27,854 nucleotides of DNA from Candidatus Krumholzibacteriota bacterium (GTDB taxonomy: Bacteria; Krumholzibacteriota; Krumholzibacteriia; LZORAL124-64-63). The first letter of the stretch is position 1, and each line of letters starts with the position of its first letter. The notes beneath the pieces are model-generated. The model was given only the letters and a program-made list of their open reading frames with translations, ran no database searches and was not told the origin of the DNA. Positions 9,265 through 18,104 of this stretch are shown here, piece after piece. The stretch covers positions 1 to 27,854 of the forward strand of contig JBDLKA010000042.1 of NCBI GenBank assembly GCA_039714075.1. The letters are read 5' to 3'. The translations under genes and the position numbers were made by a program.

Positions 9265-9283
9265 GGCAACGATTATCATTTTC
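9265..9283. promoter_or_regulatory. Fur-family box-like site
   Basis: Reverse complement GAAAATGATAATCGTTGCC matches the Fur consensus GATAATGATAATCATTATC at 15/19 positions; 53 bp upstream of GTG 9337. Confidence 0.45.
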
Positions 9284-9336
9284 AAGTACACTGCCTCCCA
9301 GCCATCCCTCACCAAAACCCCTGACGGAGGACGCGC

Positions 9337-10650
9337 GTGCGCTTTCTAACTGCCGTGATCATCACCTTGTTGCCCGCCCTGGCCCTAGCGGAAACCACCG
9401 CGTTCGTCGGCGCCCATCTTATTCCGGTCGAGGGCCCCGAAATGGAAAACGGCGCCCTGGTCGTCGAGGACGGCCGGATCGTGGCGGTCGGACCGGCCGG
9501 CGAGATCTCGATCCCCGCCGAAGCATCAGTCATCGACTGCGCCGGCAAGGTCATCATGCCCGGACTGGTCGACACCCACAGCCACCTGGGCGGTTTTCGC
9601 GCCGCCGACGACAGCGGCCCCATCCAACCGGGGGTGCGCATTCTCGACGCGGTCAACGTCTTCGACGCGGGCTACCGGCGGGCGGTGGCCGGCGGATTGA
9701 CCACCCTGAACGTGATGCCCGGTTCGGGCTACCTCAGCAGCGGCCAGACCATCTATCTGAAGATGCGCCGGGTGGGCGGCGAAGACGGCGTCTACACCCC
9801 CGAAGGCCTGGCCTATCTCCGTGAAGACGGCCGGGTGCAGGGCGGCCTCAAGATGGCCAACGGGACCAACAGCCAGCGCAAGCCTCCCTTTCCGGGGACC
9901 CGCGGGAAATCGGCCTACCTGGTGCGGCAGAAATTCATCCAGGCCCGGGAATACCGGGACAAGATCGCGGCCGCCGGCGACGACATCGCCAAACGCCCCC
10001 CCCGCGACCTCGATCTCGAAACGCTGGCCGAAGTGCTGGCGGGCGAGCGGGTCGTGCATCACCACACCCACCGGGCCGACGACATCATGACCGTGCTGCG
10101 CCTGCGCGAGGAATTCGGGTTCAAGGTCGTGCTCCACCATATCAGCGAAGGCTGGAAGGTGGCCGACCAGATCGCCGCCGCCGACGTGCCCTGTTCCGTG
10201 ATCATGATCGACTCGCCGGGCGGCAAGCACGAAGCTGTCGGACTGCGTTTCGAAACCGGGGCCGTGCTGGCCGCCGCCGGCGTGAAGATGGCCTACCATA
10301 CCGACGACTGGATCACCGACAGCCGGCTGTTCTTCCGCTCGGCCGCCCTGGGCATGCGGGAGGGGCTGTCGCGCGCCGACGCCCTGGAATCCCTGACCAT
10401 CAACGGGGCCGAGATGCTCGATCTGCAGGATCGGATCGGCACCCTGACAAAGGGCAAGGACGCCGACTTCATCATCCTGGACGGCGACCCCCTGAGCGTG
10501 TACACGAAAGTCCTGGAAACCTGGGTCGAGGGCCGCCGGGTCTTCGACCGCACCGATCCCGCCGACCGCCTGCACGCCGAGGGCGGGCAAGGCGCCGGCA
10601 AGGACCAGGAACCCTTCTTCTGCTGCTACGACCACGGAGGTGAGTCATGA
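9337..10650 (+). CDS. Exported amidohydrolase-superfamily protein with intact metal ligands
   Basis: GGAGG RBS, signal peptide, PGLVDTHSH (HxH), KMANG (Lys), HTHRADD, LHHISE, YHTDD, GKDADFIILDGDP. Confidence 0.9.
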   Translation: MRFLTAVIITLLPALALAETTAFVGAHLIPVEGPEMENGALVVEDGRIVAVGPAGEISIPAEASVIDCAGKVIMPGLVDTHSHLGGFRAADDSGPIQPGVRILDAVNVFDAGYRRAVAGGLTTLNVMPGSGYLSSGQTIYLKMRRVGGEDGVYTPEGLAYLREDGRVQGGLKMANGTNSQRKPPFPGTRGKSAYLVRQKFIQAREYRDKIAAAGDDIAKRPPRDLDLETLAEVLAGERVVHHHTHRADDIMTVLRLREEFGFKVVLHHISEGWKVADQIAAADVPCSVIMIDSPGGKHEAVGLRFETGAVLAAAGVKMAYHTDDWITDSRLFFRSAALGMREGLSRADALESLTINGAEMLDLQDRIGTLTKGKDADFIILDGDPLSVYTKVLETWVEGRRVFDRTDPADRLHAEGGQGAGKDQEPFFCCYDHGGES

Positions 10651-11870
10651 AAAGGACGCTGCTGATAATCGCGGTCCTGTCGGTGACCGCCACCGCGGGC
10701 CGGGCCCAGATCGCCGTGCGCGGCGGGGTGGTTCATACCATGGCGGGCGAATCCATCACCAACGGCGTGGTGGTCATCGAAGGCGGAAAAATCGCCCGGG
10801 TGGGCCCCGCCGATGAAGTTACCATTCCCGCGGACATCAAGGTTTTCGAGGCGGCCGTGGTCACCCCCGGCCTGGTGGATGTCCATACGACGGTGGGGCT
10901 GTCGGGCATCTACAACGTGCCCCACGACCAGGACCAGTTGGAGAAATCGGCGCCCCTCCAGCCCGAACTGCGCGCCCTGGACGCCTACAATCCCCTCGAG
11001 CAGCTGGTCGGGTGGGTCCGCTCGTTCGGGGTGACGACCATGCACACCGGACACGGCCCCGGCGCGCCGGTTTCCGGACAGACCATGATCGTCAAGACGC
11101 GCGGAACAAGCGTGGACGAGGCGGTGGTCCAGGAGGCGACGGCCGTGGCCGTGACCATCACCAGATCCTCCGATATATTCAACCGGAACAAACTGCTGAC
11201 CACCCGGGCCAAGACCATCGCGCTGCTGCGGCAGGATCTCATCAAGGCCGGGGAATACCGGGCCAAACTCGACGCGGCCCGCAACGACGACGATGTTGGG
11301 GCGCCCGACCGCGACCTGCACGTCGAGACCATGGTCCGGGTCCTGGAAGGGGAACTGGCCCTGATGGTCACCGCCCACCGGGTGCGGGACATCATGGGCG
11401 CCCTGCGTCTGGCCGATGAATTCGGGGTGCGCCTGTGGCTGGACGGGGCCGCCGAAGCCCACCAGGTCCTGCCGACGATCAAGGAAGCGGGCGTGCCGGT
11501 GCTGCTGCATCCGACCATGATGCGCGCCTTCGGGGAAACCGAAAACGCCAGCTTCGAAACCGCCTCGCTGCTGCGGGACGCCGGCGTTCCCTTCGCCATC
11601 CAGAGCGGGTACGAAATCTACGTTCCCAAGACCCGGGTCATTCTTTTCGAGGCGGGTGTCGCGGCCAGCCACGGGCTCGGCTTCGACGACGCGCTGGCCG
11701 CCATTACCCTGGGAGCCGCCAGGATCCTGGGTATTGACGACCGGGTGGGTTCATTGGAAGTGGGCAAGGATGGGGACTTGGCGCTCTATGACGGCGATCC
11801 CTTCGAATACGCGACCCATTGCGTCGGGACAATAATCGAAGGCGAAGTGGTGTCAGACCTGAGGCGGTGA
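10647..11870 (+). CDS. Exported amidohydrolase-superfamily protein with degenerate metal ligands
   Basis: ATGA-coupled to the previous gene; signal peptide; PGLVDVHTT, AITLGAARILG, GSLEVGKDGDL. Confidence 0.88.
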   Translation: MKRTLLIIAVLSVTATAGRAQIAVRGGVVHTMAGESITNGVVVIEGGKIARVGPADEVTIPADIKVFEAAVVTPGLVDVHTTVGLSGIYNVPHDQDQLEKSAPLQPELRALDAYNPLEQLVGWVRSFGVTTMHTGHGPGAPVSGQTMIVKTRGTSVDEAVVQEATAVAVTITRSSDIFNRNKLLTTRAKTIALLRQDLIKAGEYRAKLDAARNDDDVGAPDRDLHVETMVRVLEGELALMVTAHRVRDIMGALRLADEFGVRLWLDGAAEAHQVLPTIKEAGVPVLLHPTMMRAFGETENASFETASLLRDAGVPFAIQSGYEIYVPKTRVILFEAGVAASHGLGFDDALAAITLGAARILGIDDRVGSLEVGKDGDLALYDGDPFEYATHCVGTIIEGEVVSDLRR

Positions 11871-12935
11871 CGGCCAGGACTTGATGTGCAGGTCCCGTTG
11901 CGGGAAGGGAATTTCCAGGCCCTCGACCGCGAGGGCCTTGTAGACCCGGGTGTTGATCTCGTCACGGACACGCCCCCGGAAAACAGGGTGCTTGACCCAC
12001 ACCAGAATCTGGAAATCGAGGCTCGACTCTCCCATGGTGATGAAACGCACAACCGGGGATTGTTCGTCGCTGGTGTGGGAAACTTCCCGGACGCATTCGA
12101 GCAGGATCTCCTTCACCCGGTCCACGTCGCTGCCGTAAGCCACGCTGGTATTCACCCGCACCCGCATCCGGGGTGAGGGACCGCTGGACTCGTTGACGAT
12201 CTTGGCGTTACCGATCACAGCGTTGGGCACGGTGACCTCGACGTTGTCGCGTGTCAGCAGGCGCGTGGAGCGCATGCCGATCTCGGTGACCACCCCCCGC
12301 GACTCGCCGTCGATGATGATATACTGGCCCACCTTGTAGGGCGCGTCCACCAGGATAAAAACTCCGGAGATGAAGTTGGCCAGGGTGTCCTTGGCGGCGA
12401 ATCCGACCGCAATGCCCAGGACCCCCGCGCTGGCCAGCCAACTGGTCAGATTGATGTTCCACGCCGACATGATCATGTAGGTCATGACCCCGAACACGAT
12501 GACCTTGTATGCGAACTGGACCAGGGGCAGCGTCTGGGGCTGGATCCACTTGTACTTTTCCACGTTTTTGCTCAGGCGCTTGAAAACCATGGCACCGGTG
12601 ACGGAGAAAAACCGGACCCAGATCAGGATCACCAGGGTGGTGGTGATGCTGGTTACAACCGTGTCGATCCGTTCATTCGGAATGAAATCCAGGGTGGCGA
12701 TGTGGATACCCTGCAGGACCACCGTCCGCGTGAGGGCCAGCACCAGCAGGCTCACGGCCTTGTCGTCGATGTCCGTTGAAGATTTGCGGGTCAGGCGCTG
12801 CAGCAGCGGCAGCAGGAAAATCCGCAGGGTCAGTGCGGTTACGATCGCCAACCCGACGATGATCGCCAGGCGTGTGTACGGGTTCTGCATATGGCCATCA
12901 AGCCAGAGGTTGATCTGTGCAATGGTCTGATCCAC
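11853..12935 (-). CDS. mscS: Small-conductance mechanosensitive channel, MscS family
   Basis: ASAGVLGIAVGFAAKDTLANFISG, APYKVGQYI, GVVTEIGMRSTRL, VPNA, VAYGSD, GLEIPFPQRDLH. Confidence 0.93.
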   Translation of the reverse strand: MDQTIAQINLWLDGHMQNPYTRLAIIVGLAIVTALTLRIFLLPLLQRLTRKSSTDIDDKAVSLLVLALTRTVVLQGIHIATLDFIPNERIDTVVTSITTTLVILIWVRFFSVTGAMVFKRLSKNVEKYKWIQPQTLPLVQFAYKVIVFGVMTYMIMSAWNINLTSWLASAGVLGIAVGFAAKDTLANFISGVFILVDAPYKVGQYIIIDGESRGVVTEIGMRSTRLLTRDNVEVTVPNAVIGNAKIVNESSGPSPRMRVRVNTSVAYGSDVDRVKEILLECVREVSHTSDEQSPVVRFITMGESSLDFQILVWVKHPVFRGRVRDEINTRVYKALAVEGLEIPFPQRDLHIKSWPSPPQV

Positions 12936-13336
12936 TAGTATCCATCCTCCGGAATGGCCGGCCGAACCTTGAGTACCTTGTCCTTGCGGATTTCCACCGT
13001 GCCCGGCTTGGCTCCGCGGGGTTTGGTCACATAGCGGGCCCGGGTGCAGCTGACGGCCACCTGCTTCGCCTCCCTTTTCCTGCTGTGCCAGGCCGCCACC
13101 GCGGCGGCGGCCTTGACGGTGCCGTTGTCCGGTTCTTCACCGGCCGGCACCCGCAGCAGAACATGGCTGCCCGGCAACCCCTTCACATGGAACCAGTAGT
13201 CGTTGGCCTTGGCCATCTTCAACGACAGGTGATCGTTGTCCTGGTCGTTTTTTCCGGCCAGAACGATCCACCCGCCCGGAAGTTCATACTCCCAGAGCCT
13301 GGGCTCGAAGCGTTCATGAGGCGCCGGTCTGCTCAT
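12935..13336 (-). CDS. Stand-alone NFACT-R (DUF814) RNA-binding domain protein
   Basis: VLAGKNDQDNDHLS, DYWFHVKGLPGSHVLL, AAAVAAWHS, YVTKPRGAKPGTV. Confidence 0.9.
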   Translation of the reverse strand: MSRPAPHERFEPRLWEYELPGGWIVLAGKNDQDNDHLSLKMAKANDYWFHVKGLPGSHVLLRVPAGEEPDNGTVKAAAAVAAWHSRKREAKQVAVSCTRARYVTKPRGAKPGTVEIRKDKVLKVRPAIPEDGY

Positions 13337-14131
13337 CTATTCTTTGTAGCCCACCACGGTGATGCTGTAAATGCCGAAACCGCTGCTCTTGAGTGAAGCG
13401 GCCCCATCGGCACCCAGTATCTCGGTCAGCAGCGGGTCCGGAAGGTGAACCTGCCGGGTGGACCGGATCGCCGCGTCCTGGAATCCCGCGGCCTTGATGG
13501 TGGCCATGTATTCATCCTGGCTCTGGGCCCCCGCCACGCAGCCGGCATAGGCGATGGCGGCCTCGGCCAGTTCCTGGGGCAGATCCCCCTCCAGCACGAT
13601 GTCGGACACGCAGAAGTGGCCGCCCGGCTTGAGCACACGGTGGATTTCCTTGAAAGCGCGCTGCTTGTCCGGCACCAAGTTCAGCACGCAGTTGCTGACC
13701 AGGACATCGGCGATGCCGCCGCCGAGGGGCATGTCCTCGATTTCACCCAGGTGGAACTCGACGTTGTCGAAACCCAGCTTGGCGGCGTTGGTTTTGGCCT
13801 TTTCCACCATGTCGGGCACCATGTCCAGGCCGATGGCCCGGCCCTGTTCCCCCACGATGGCCCGGACCACGAAAACGTCGTTGCCCGCGCCGCTGCCCAG
13901 GTCGATCACGGTCTGGCCCTCTTCGATACCCGCATATTCGGTCGGGATGCCGCAGCCGAGACCAAGGTCGGCCTCGGGAAAATAACCGTCCAGACCCTGG
14001 TAGCTCTCCGCGAAATTGGTGCCGCCCAGCGTGTCGCCGCAGCCGGTCGGGCCGCAGCAGGTGCCGCCCTGCCGGGCGATTTCCCCGTATTTGGTCTTGA
14101 CGATGTCCTTGAGTTCATCCGCATTTTTCAT
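13337..14131 (-). CDS. arsM: Arsenite S-adenosylmethionine methyltransferase
   Basis: [51 protein letters not shown]; catalytic cysteines present. Confidence 0.93.
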   Translation of the reverse strand: MKNADELKDIVKTKYGEIARQGGTCCGPTGCGDTLGGTNFAESYQGLDGYFPEADLGLGCGIPTEYAGIEEGQTVIDLGSGAGNDVFVVRAIVGEQGRAIGLDMVPDMVEKAKTNAAKLGFDNVEFHLGEIEDMPLGGGIADVLVSNCVLNLVPDKQRAFKEIHRVLKPGGHFCVSDIVLEGDLPQELAEAAIAYAGCVAGAQSQDEYMATIKAAGFQDAAIRSTRQVHLPDPLLTEILGADGAASLKSSGFGIYSITVVGYKE

Positions 14132-14462
14132 CTGTCTCTCCTTCTCGGTTGCAGCAGTCGATGCCGTCGAACAGTCGGGTAAAATCCCGTTTGGCTTCTG
14201 CCACCACGTCCATATCCAGGCAATAGCAGATCCGCGGCCCTTCGATTTCGCCCCGGATCAGGCCCACTTTCTTCAGTTCCTTCAGATGCTGGGAAACGGT
14301 CGACTGGGACAAGGGCATGCGGTCCACGATGTCACCGCAGATGCAGGCCCGCCCGGCGAGGATCCGCAGGATCTCCAACCGGCCGGGGTGCCCCAGGGCC
14401 TTGGCCACGTCAGCCAGGGCCACCAGGTCGCTGCTGAATTCCTCGGTCTTTCTTTCCGCCAT
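14115..14462 (-). CDS. arsR: ArsR/SmtB-family metalloregulator
   Basis: [38 protein letters not shown]-terminal CC; AAGGAGG RBS before ATG 14462. Confidence 0.92.
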   Translation of the reverse strand: MAERKTEEFSSDLVALADVAKALGHPGRLEILRILAGRACICGDIVDRMPLSQSTVSQHLKELKKVGLIRGEIEGPRICYCLDMDVVAEAKRDFTRLFDGIDCCNREGETDEKCG

Positions 14463-14473
14463 GGCCGCCTCCT

Positions 14474-14500
14474 TTATCGTTGATCGCCAATTTACGATAA
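14474..14500. promoter_or_regulatory. Putative ArsR operator (inverted repeat)
   Basis: TTATCGT-N13-ACGATAA immediately upstream of the arsR RBS; overlaps a plausible minus-strand TTGCGG-16-TAAATT promoter. Confidence 0.65.
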
Positions 14501-14556
14501 TTATTACAGACCGCAAGGGAAAAAACCCGGATTTTCTCCGGAACCTTTCTGGCATA

Positions 14557-14586
14557 TTGCAGTTTCACGTGAGTTGCGCTTATATT
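14557..14586 (+). promoter_or_regulatory. Putative sigma70 promoter for the ABC operon
   Basis: TTGCAG-18 bp-TATATT, about 60 bp before ATG 14647. Confidence 0.35.
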
Positions 14587-14646
14587 TGGCGCCAATTTGT
14601 ACGCAATTAACCCTGCATTACCGCCAACCCCTGAGGAGTCTTCGCG

Positions 14647-15603
14647 ATGATCGAAGTTCGTGGTATCACCAAGAGCTTCGGGACCATGCGCGCGCTCGAC
14701 GACGTTTCCTTCAGTCTGGGACGGGGAGAAATCCTCGGTTTCCTGGGCCCGAACGGCGCCGGCAAGAGCACGACCATGAAGATCATCACCACCTTCCTGG
14801 CCGCCGATCAAGGTCAGGTCACCGTGGATGGGATCGAAGTCCTGGAGCGACCGCTCGATGTGCGACGGCGCATCGGCTACCTGCCCGAGAATGTTCCCCT
14901 GTATCCCGACATGAACATCCAGGAATACCTGACCTTCGTCGGCCAGGCCCGCGGCCTGTCCGGCGGACGCCTGCGCGAACGGCTCGACTGGTGTGTCGAG
15001 GCCTGCGGCCTGGTCACCGAATACAGGAAGAACATCGGGGACCTCTCCAAGGGTTACAAACAGCGGACCGGGCTGGCCCAGGCGCTCATCCACGATCCGG
15101 AAATCCTGATCCTGGACGAACCCACCAGCGGCCTGGATCCCCTGCAGATCCTGGGCATCCGCGAACTGATCAAGAACCTGGCCGGAGAAAAGACGATCAT
15201 CTTCTCGACCCACATTCTCCAGGAAGTCAGCCCGGTGACCGACCGCGTGGTGATCATCAACGAGGGCCGGATCATCGCCGACGGCAACGTGGGCGACCTG
15301 TCCCGCGACGCCATGGGGACCAACCGGGTCTTCGTGGGCATCCGCGAGGACGGCGCCACGGTCGAATCCGCCCTGAGGGAACTGGTCGAAGTGTCCGAAG
15401 TACGTCCCCTGCCCGCCGACGGAGGCTGCCGCTTCGAGGTGCGGGGGGCCTTCGACTCCGACCTGGTCGGCGCCGTGGACCGGTTGGCCCGCGGCCGCGG
15501 CTGGGATCTGACCCAGCTCCACGAGGCCACCTTCAGCCTCGAAGACACCTTCATCTCACTGACCAAACGCGCCGCCGGCAGCGGTCTGAAGGGGGTGGCG
15601 TAG
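14647..15603 (+). CDS. ABC-2 type ATP-binding protein, GldA-like
   Basis: Walker A GPNGAGKST, signature LSKGYKQR, Walker B LILDEPTSGLDP, STHILQEV. Confidence 0.95.
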   Translation: MIEVRGITKSFGTMRALDDVSFSLGRGEILGFLGPNGAGKSTTMKIITTFLAADQGQVTVDGIEVLERPLDVRRRIGYLPENVPLYPDMNIQEYLTFVGQARGLSGGRLRERLDWCVEACGLVTEYRKNIGDLSKGYKQRTGLAQALIHDPEILILDEPTSGLDPLQILGIRELIKNLAGEKTIIFSTHILQEVSPVTDRVVIINEGRIIADGNVGDLSRDAMGTNRVFVGIREDGATVESALRELVEVSEVRPLPADGGCRFEVRGAFDSDLVGAVDRLARGRGWDLTQLHEATFSLEDTFISLTKRAAGSGLKGVA

Positions 15604-16329
15604 ATGCAGAACACGCTGACCATCTTCAGGCGTGAATTCGCCTCCTATTTCAACAGCCCCATCGCCTACATCTTCATCATCGCTTTTCTGGTGTTGAATT
15701 CAGGGCTGTTCATGACCGGGTTCTTCCTTAACGGCGCCGCGGATCTGCGGGCGTTTTTCGGGAACCTCCCGTTCTTTCTGATTTTCTTCATCCCCGCGGT
15801 GAGCATGAGGCTGTGGGCCGAGGACAAACGCACCGGCACCTTCGAGCTGCTGATGACCCTGCCCATGCGCGCCCGCGAAGTGATGATGGGCAAGTACCTG
15901 GCCGCCCTGGCCTTCTACCTGGTCTCGCTGGCGGGCACCCTGCCGTTGCCGATCATGGTCTCGGCCCTGGGTAATCCCGACATGGGCGCCATCTGGAGCG
16001 GCTACATCGGCGCCGCGCTGCTGGGCGGCCTGTACCTGGCCGTCGGCACGTTCACCAGCGGGCTGATGCGCGACCAGATCTCCGCCGTGATCCTGGGGAT
16101 CATGGCCTGCTTTTTGATCTTCATCGTCGGCGTCCCCGGCGTGGCGGCCACCATCGACGGCTGGCTTCCCGGCTTCGGTTCCTTCCTCCAGCACTACCTC
16201 GGTCTTTCGGACCATTTCGAGATGATGCTGCGGGGCGTGATCACCCTGGGCGACCTGGCCTACTTCCTGGGCCTGACGGCCGTGTTCCTCTCCCTTAACA
16301 CGCTGTGGCTGAAAGGGAGGAAGTACTAA
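15604..16329 (+). CDS. ABC-2 type permease, GldF-like
   Basis: FRREFASYFNSPIAY, MRLWAEDKRTGTFELLMTLP, GKYLA; about six TM segments. Confidence 0.92.
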   Translation: MQNTLTIFRREFASYFNSPIAYIFIIAFLVLNSGLFMTGFFLNGAADLRAFFGNLPFFLIFFIPAVSMRLWAEDKRTGTFELLMTLPMRAREVMMGKYLAALAFYLVSLAGTLPLPIMVSALGNPDMGAIWSGYIGAALLGGLYLAVGTFTSGLMRDQISAVILGIMACFLIFIVGVPGVAATIDGWLPGFGSFLQHYLGLSDHFEMMLRGVITLGDLAYFLGLTAVFLSLNTLWLKGRKY

Positions 16330-18092
16330 TGAACAGCAAACGCAGAAACTTCCGCATCACGTTCGCGGTGGCGGCCCTGCTGCTGACCGCGATCGCCTTT
16401 TTCCTGGTCTCGGTGCTGGACAACATGCCCGGAGCCCGGGTCGACATGACCAGCGACCGCCTGTTCACCATGTCGCCGGCGGCGGCCAAGATCCTCAAGG
16501 GACTGGAAGTGCCGGTGCAGGTGAAGCTGTACATCACCCCTGCGGACAAGATGCCGACACAGCTGCGCACCCTCGAACGCGACATCAATGAACAGATGCG
16601 CAACTTCGAGCAGGTGGCCGACGGCATGCTCGAGTTCCAGGTCTTCAATCCCCAGGACGACGAACAGATGCAGCAGACCCTCGGCGCCAAGGGCATCCGG
16701 CCGTTCCAGGTGCAGTCCATCGAAAAGGACGAGATGGGCATCAAGCTGATCTGGAGCGCGCTGACCATTGCCTACAAGGACAAGCCCGAAGAGGTGCTGC
16801 CCCAGGTGCTGCCGCAGAACCTGGCCGCGCTGGAGCAGGACATCATCGGTCCGGTCTACCGCCTGACCCGGGAAAAGGCGCCCAAGATCGCCATTTTCGG
16901 GCCCAAGAAACAGGTCGACCAGCAACTGGCCATGATGTACCTGCAGCAGGGCATGCAGCCGCCCGAACCCACCGAGCAGTACGCTCAGCTGGCCCAGTTG
17001 ATGAGCCAGGGACACTACGAGGCGGTGCCCATCGAACTGACCGAGGCTTCCGGCGTGCCCGCGGACGCCGACGCCCTGATCGTGATGGCCATCAGCCCGC
17101 TGAACGAACGGCAGGTCTACGAGATCAACCGCACCCTGCGCCGTGGTGTGCCGGTGGTCATGGGTCTGCAGGCCCACGAGTACGGGTACAGCCCCGCCCA
17201 GAGCGGCGGCTGGACCATCAGCGGACAGCCCGTGGAAACGGGACTGGAACCCATGCTGGCGGAATTCGGCCTGACGGTATCGGAGGACCATTTCATGGAC
17301 ACCTCCTCGGAGACCATCAATCTGCCGCGTGAAGTTAATCTGGGCGGCCTGCGTATGCAGACCCAGGAACCGGTCCGCCTGCCGATCCAGATCCGGGTGA
17401 CCGAGGCCCAGATGGATCAGGACTCGCCCCTGGTCAACCGCATCGGAGCGGTTTTCTACCTGTGGGGGACGCCCGTCCTCAGTGACCTGGACAAGACCGC
17501 GGCGCACGGCCTGCAGGTCACCGACCTGATCCGCAGCAGCGACCACGTCTGGTCCGAAACCTGGACCGAAGGTCCCGTGACCTCGGCCATGCTCAATCCC
17601 GAAGGCCGGAGCCTGGACGGGGCCCAGCCTTTGGCGGTCATGGTCCAGGGCACTTTCCCGGACACCTTCGAAGGCAGGGACGTTCCCGCCTGGCCCGCGG
17701 CGGGCAACCCCGAAGCAGTGGATGATCCCCTGGCCCAGGGTCCGGCCGCCCCCGCGCCAGTGGATCCCCAGCCGGGCCGGCTGTTCCTCATCGGCAGCGC
17801 CAAGATGTTCGACGACAACATCCTGGCCGCCGGACAGAACGCCCTGCTGCTGCTCAACGCGGTGGATTATCTGGCCGGGTCCCAGGACCTGCTGAACATC
17901 CGCAGCAAGACCCTGACCCAGCGCGTCATCAAACCCGTGGAAGCCAGGGAGAAGCTGATCTGGCGCATCAGCGGGGTGCTGCTGGTGCCTGTCCTGCTGG
18001 CGGTCTTCGGCATCCTGCGCGCGGGGATGCGGCGCAAGGAAGCCGCCCGCTACCGCGAAACCATCAGACACACAACCGGCGCAGCCAGTTAA
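16329..18092 (+). CDS. GldG-like ABC auxiliary component
   Basis: TAATG overlap; N-terminal TM, RVDMTSDRLFTMS, NAVDYL..DLLNIRSK, C-terminal TM. Confidence 0.88.
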   Translation: MNSKRRNFRITFAVAALLLTAIAFFLVSVLDNMPGARVDMTSDRLFTMSPAAAKILKGLEVPVQVKLYITPADKMPTQLRTLERDINEQMRNFEQVADGMLEFQVFNPQDDEQMQQTLGAKGIRPFQVQSIEKDEMGIKLIWSALTIAYKDKPEEVLPQVLPQNLAALEQDIIGPVYRLTREKAPKIAIFGPKKQVDQQLAMMYLQQGMQPPEPTEQYAQLAQLMSQGHYEAVPIELTEASGVPADADALIVMAISPLNERQVYEINRTLRRGVPVVMGLQAHEYGYSPAQSGGWTISGQPVETGLEPMLAEFGLTVSEDHFMDTSSETINLPREVNLGGLRMQTQEPVRLPIQIRVTEAQMDQDSPLVNRIGAVFYLWGTPVLSDLDKTAAHGLQVTDLIRSSDHVWSETWTEGPVTSAMLNPEGRSLDGAQPLAVMVQGTFPDTFEGRDVPAWPAAGNPEAVDDPLAQGPAAPAPVDPQPGRLFLIGSAKMFDDNILAAGQNALLLLNAVDYLAGSQDLLNIRSKTLTQRVIKPVEAREKLIWRISGVLLVPVLLAVFGILRAGMRRKEAARYRETIRHTTGAAS

Positions 18093-18104
18093 AGGAGGAT
18101 ATCC

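Noticed and set aside
11853..11870. 18-bp convergent overlap of amidohydrolase and mscS
   Set aside because: Short 3' overlaps are common in GC-rich genomes; no further signal.
4424..14462. Selenocysteine (TGA) readthrough in the xdh-like genes, arsM or arsR
   Set aside because: ORFs are full length with Cys at the expected sites; most TGA stops overlap the next gene's start.
14549..14602. Sigma54 promoter from TGGC motifs
   Set aside because: GG-to-GC spacing does not fit the -24/-12 consensus.
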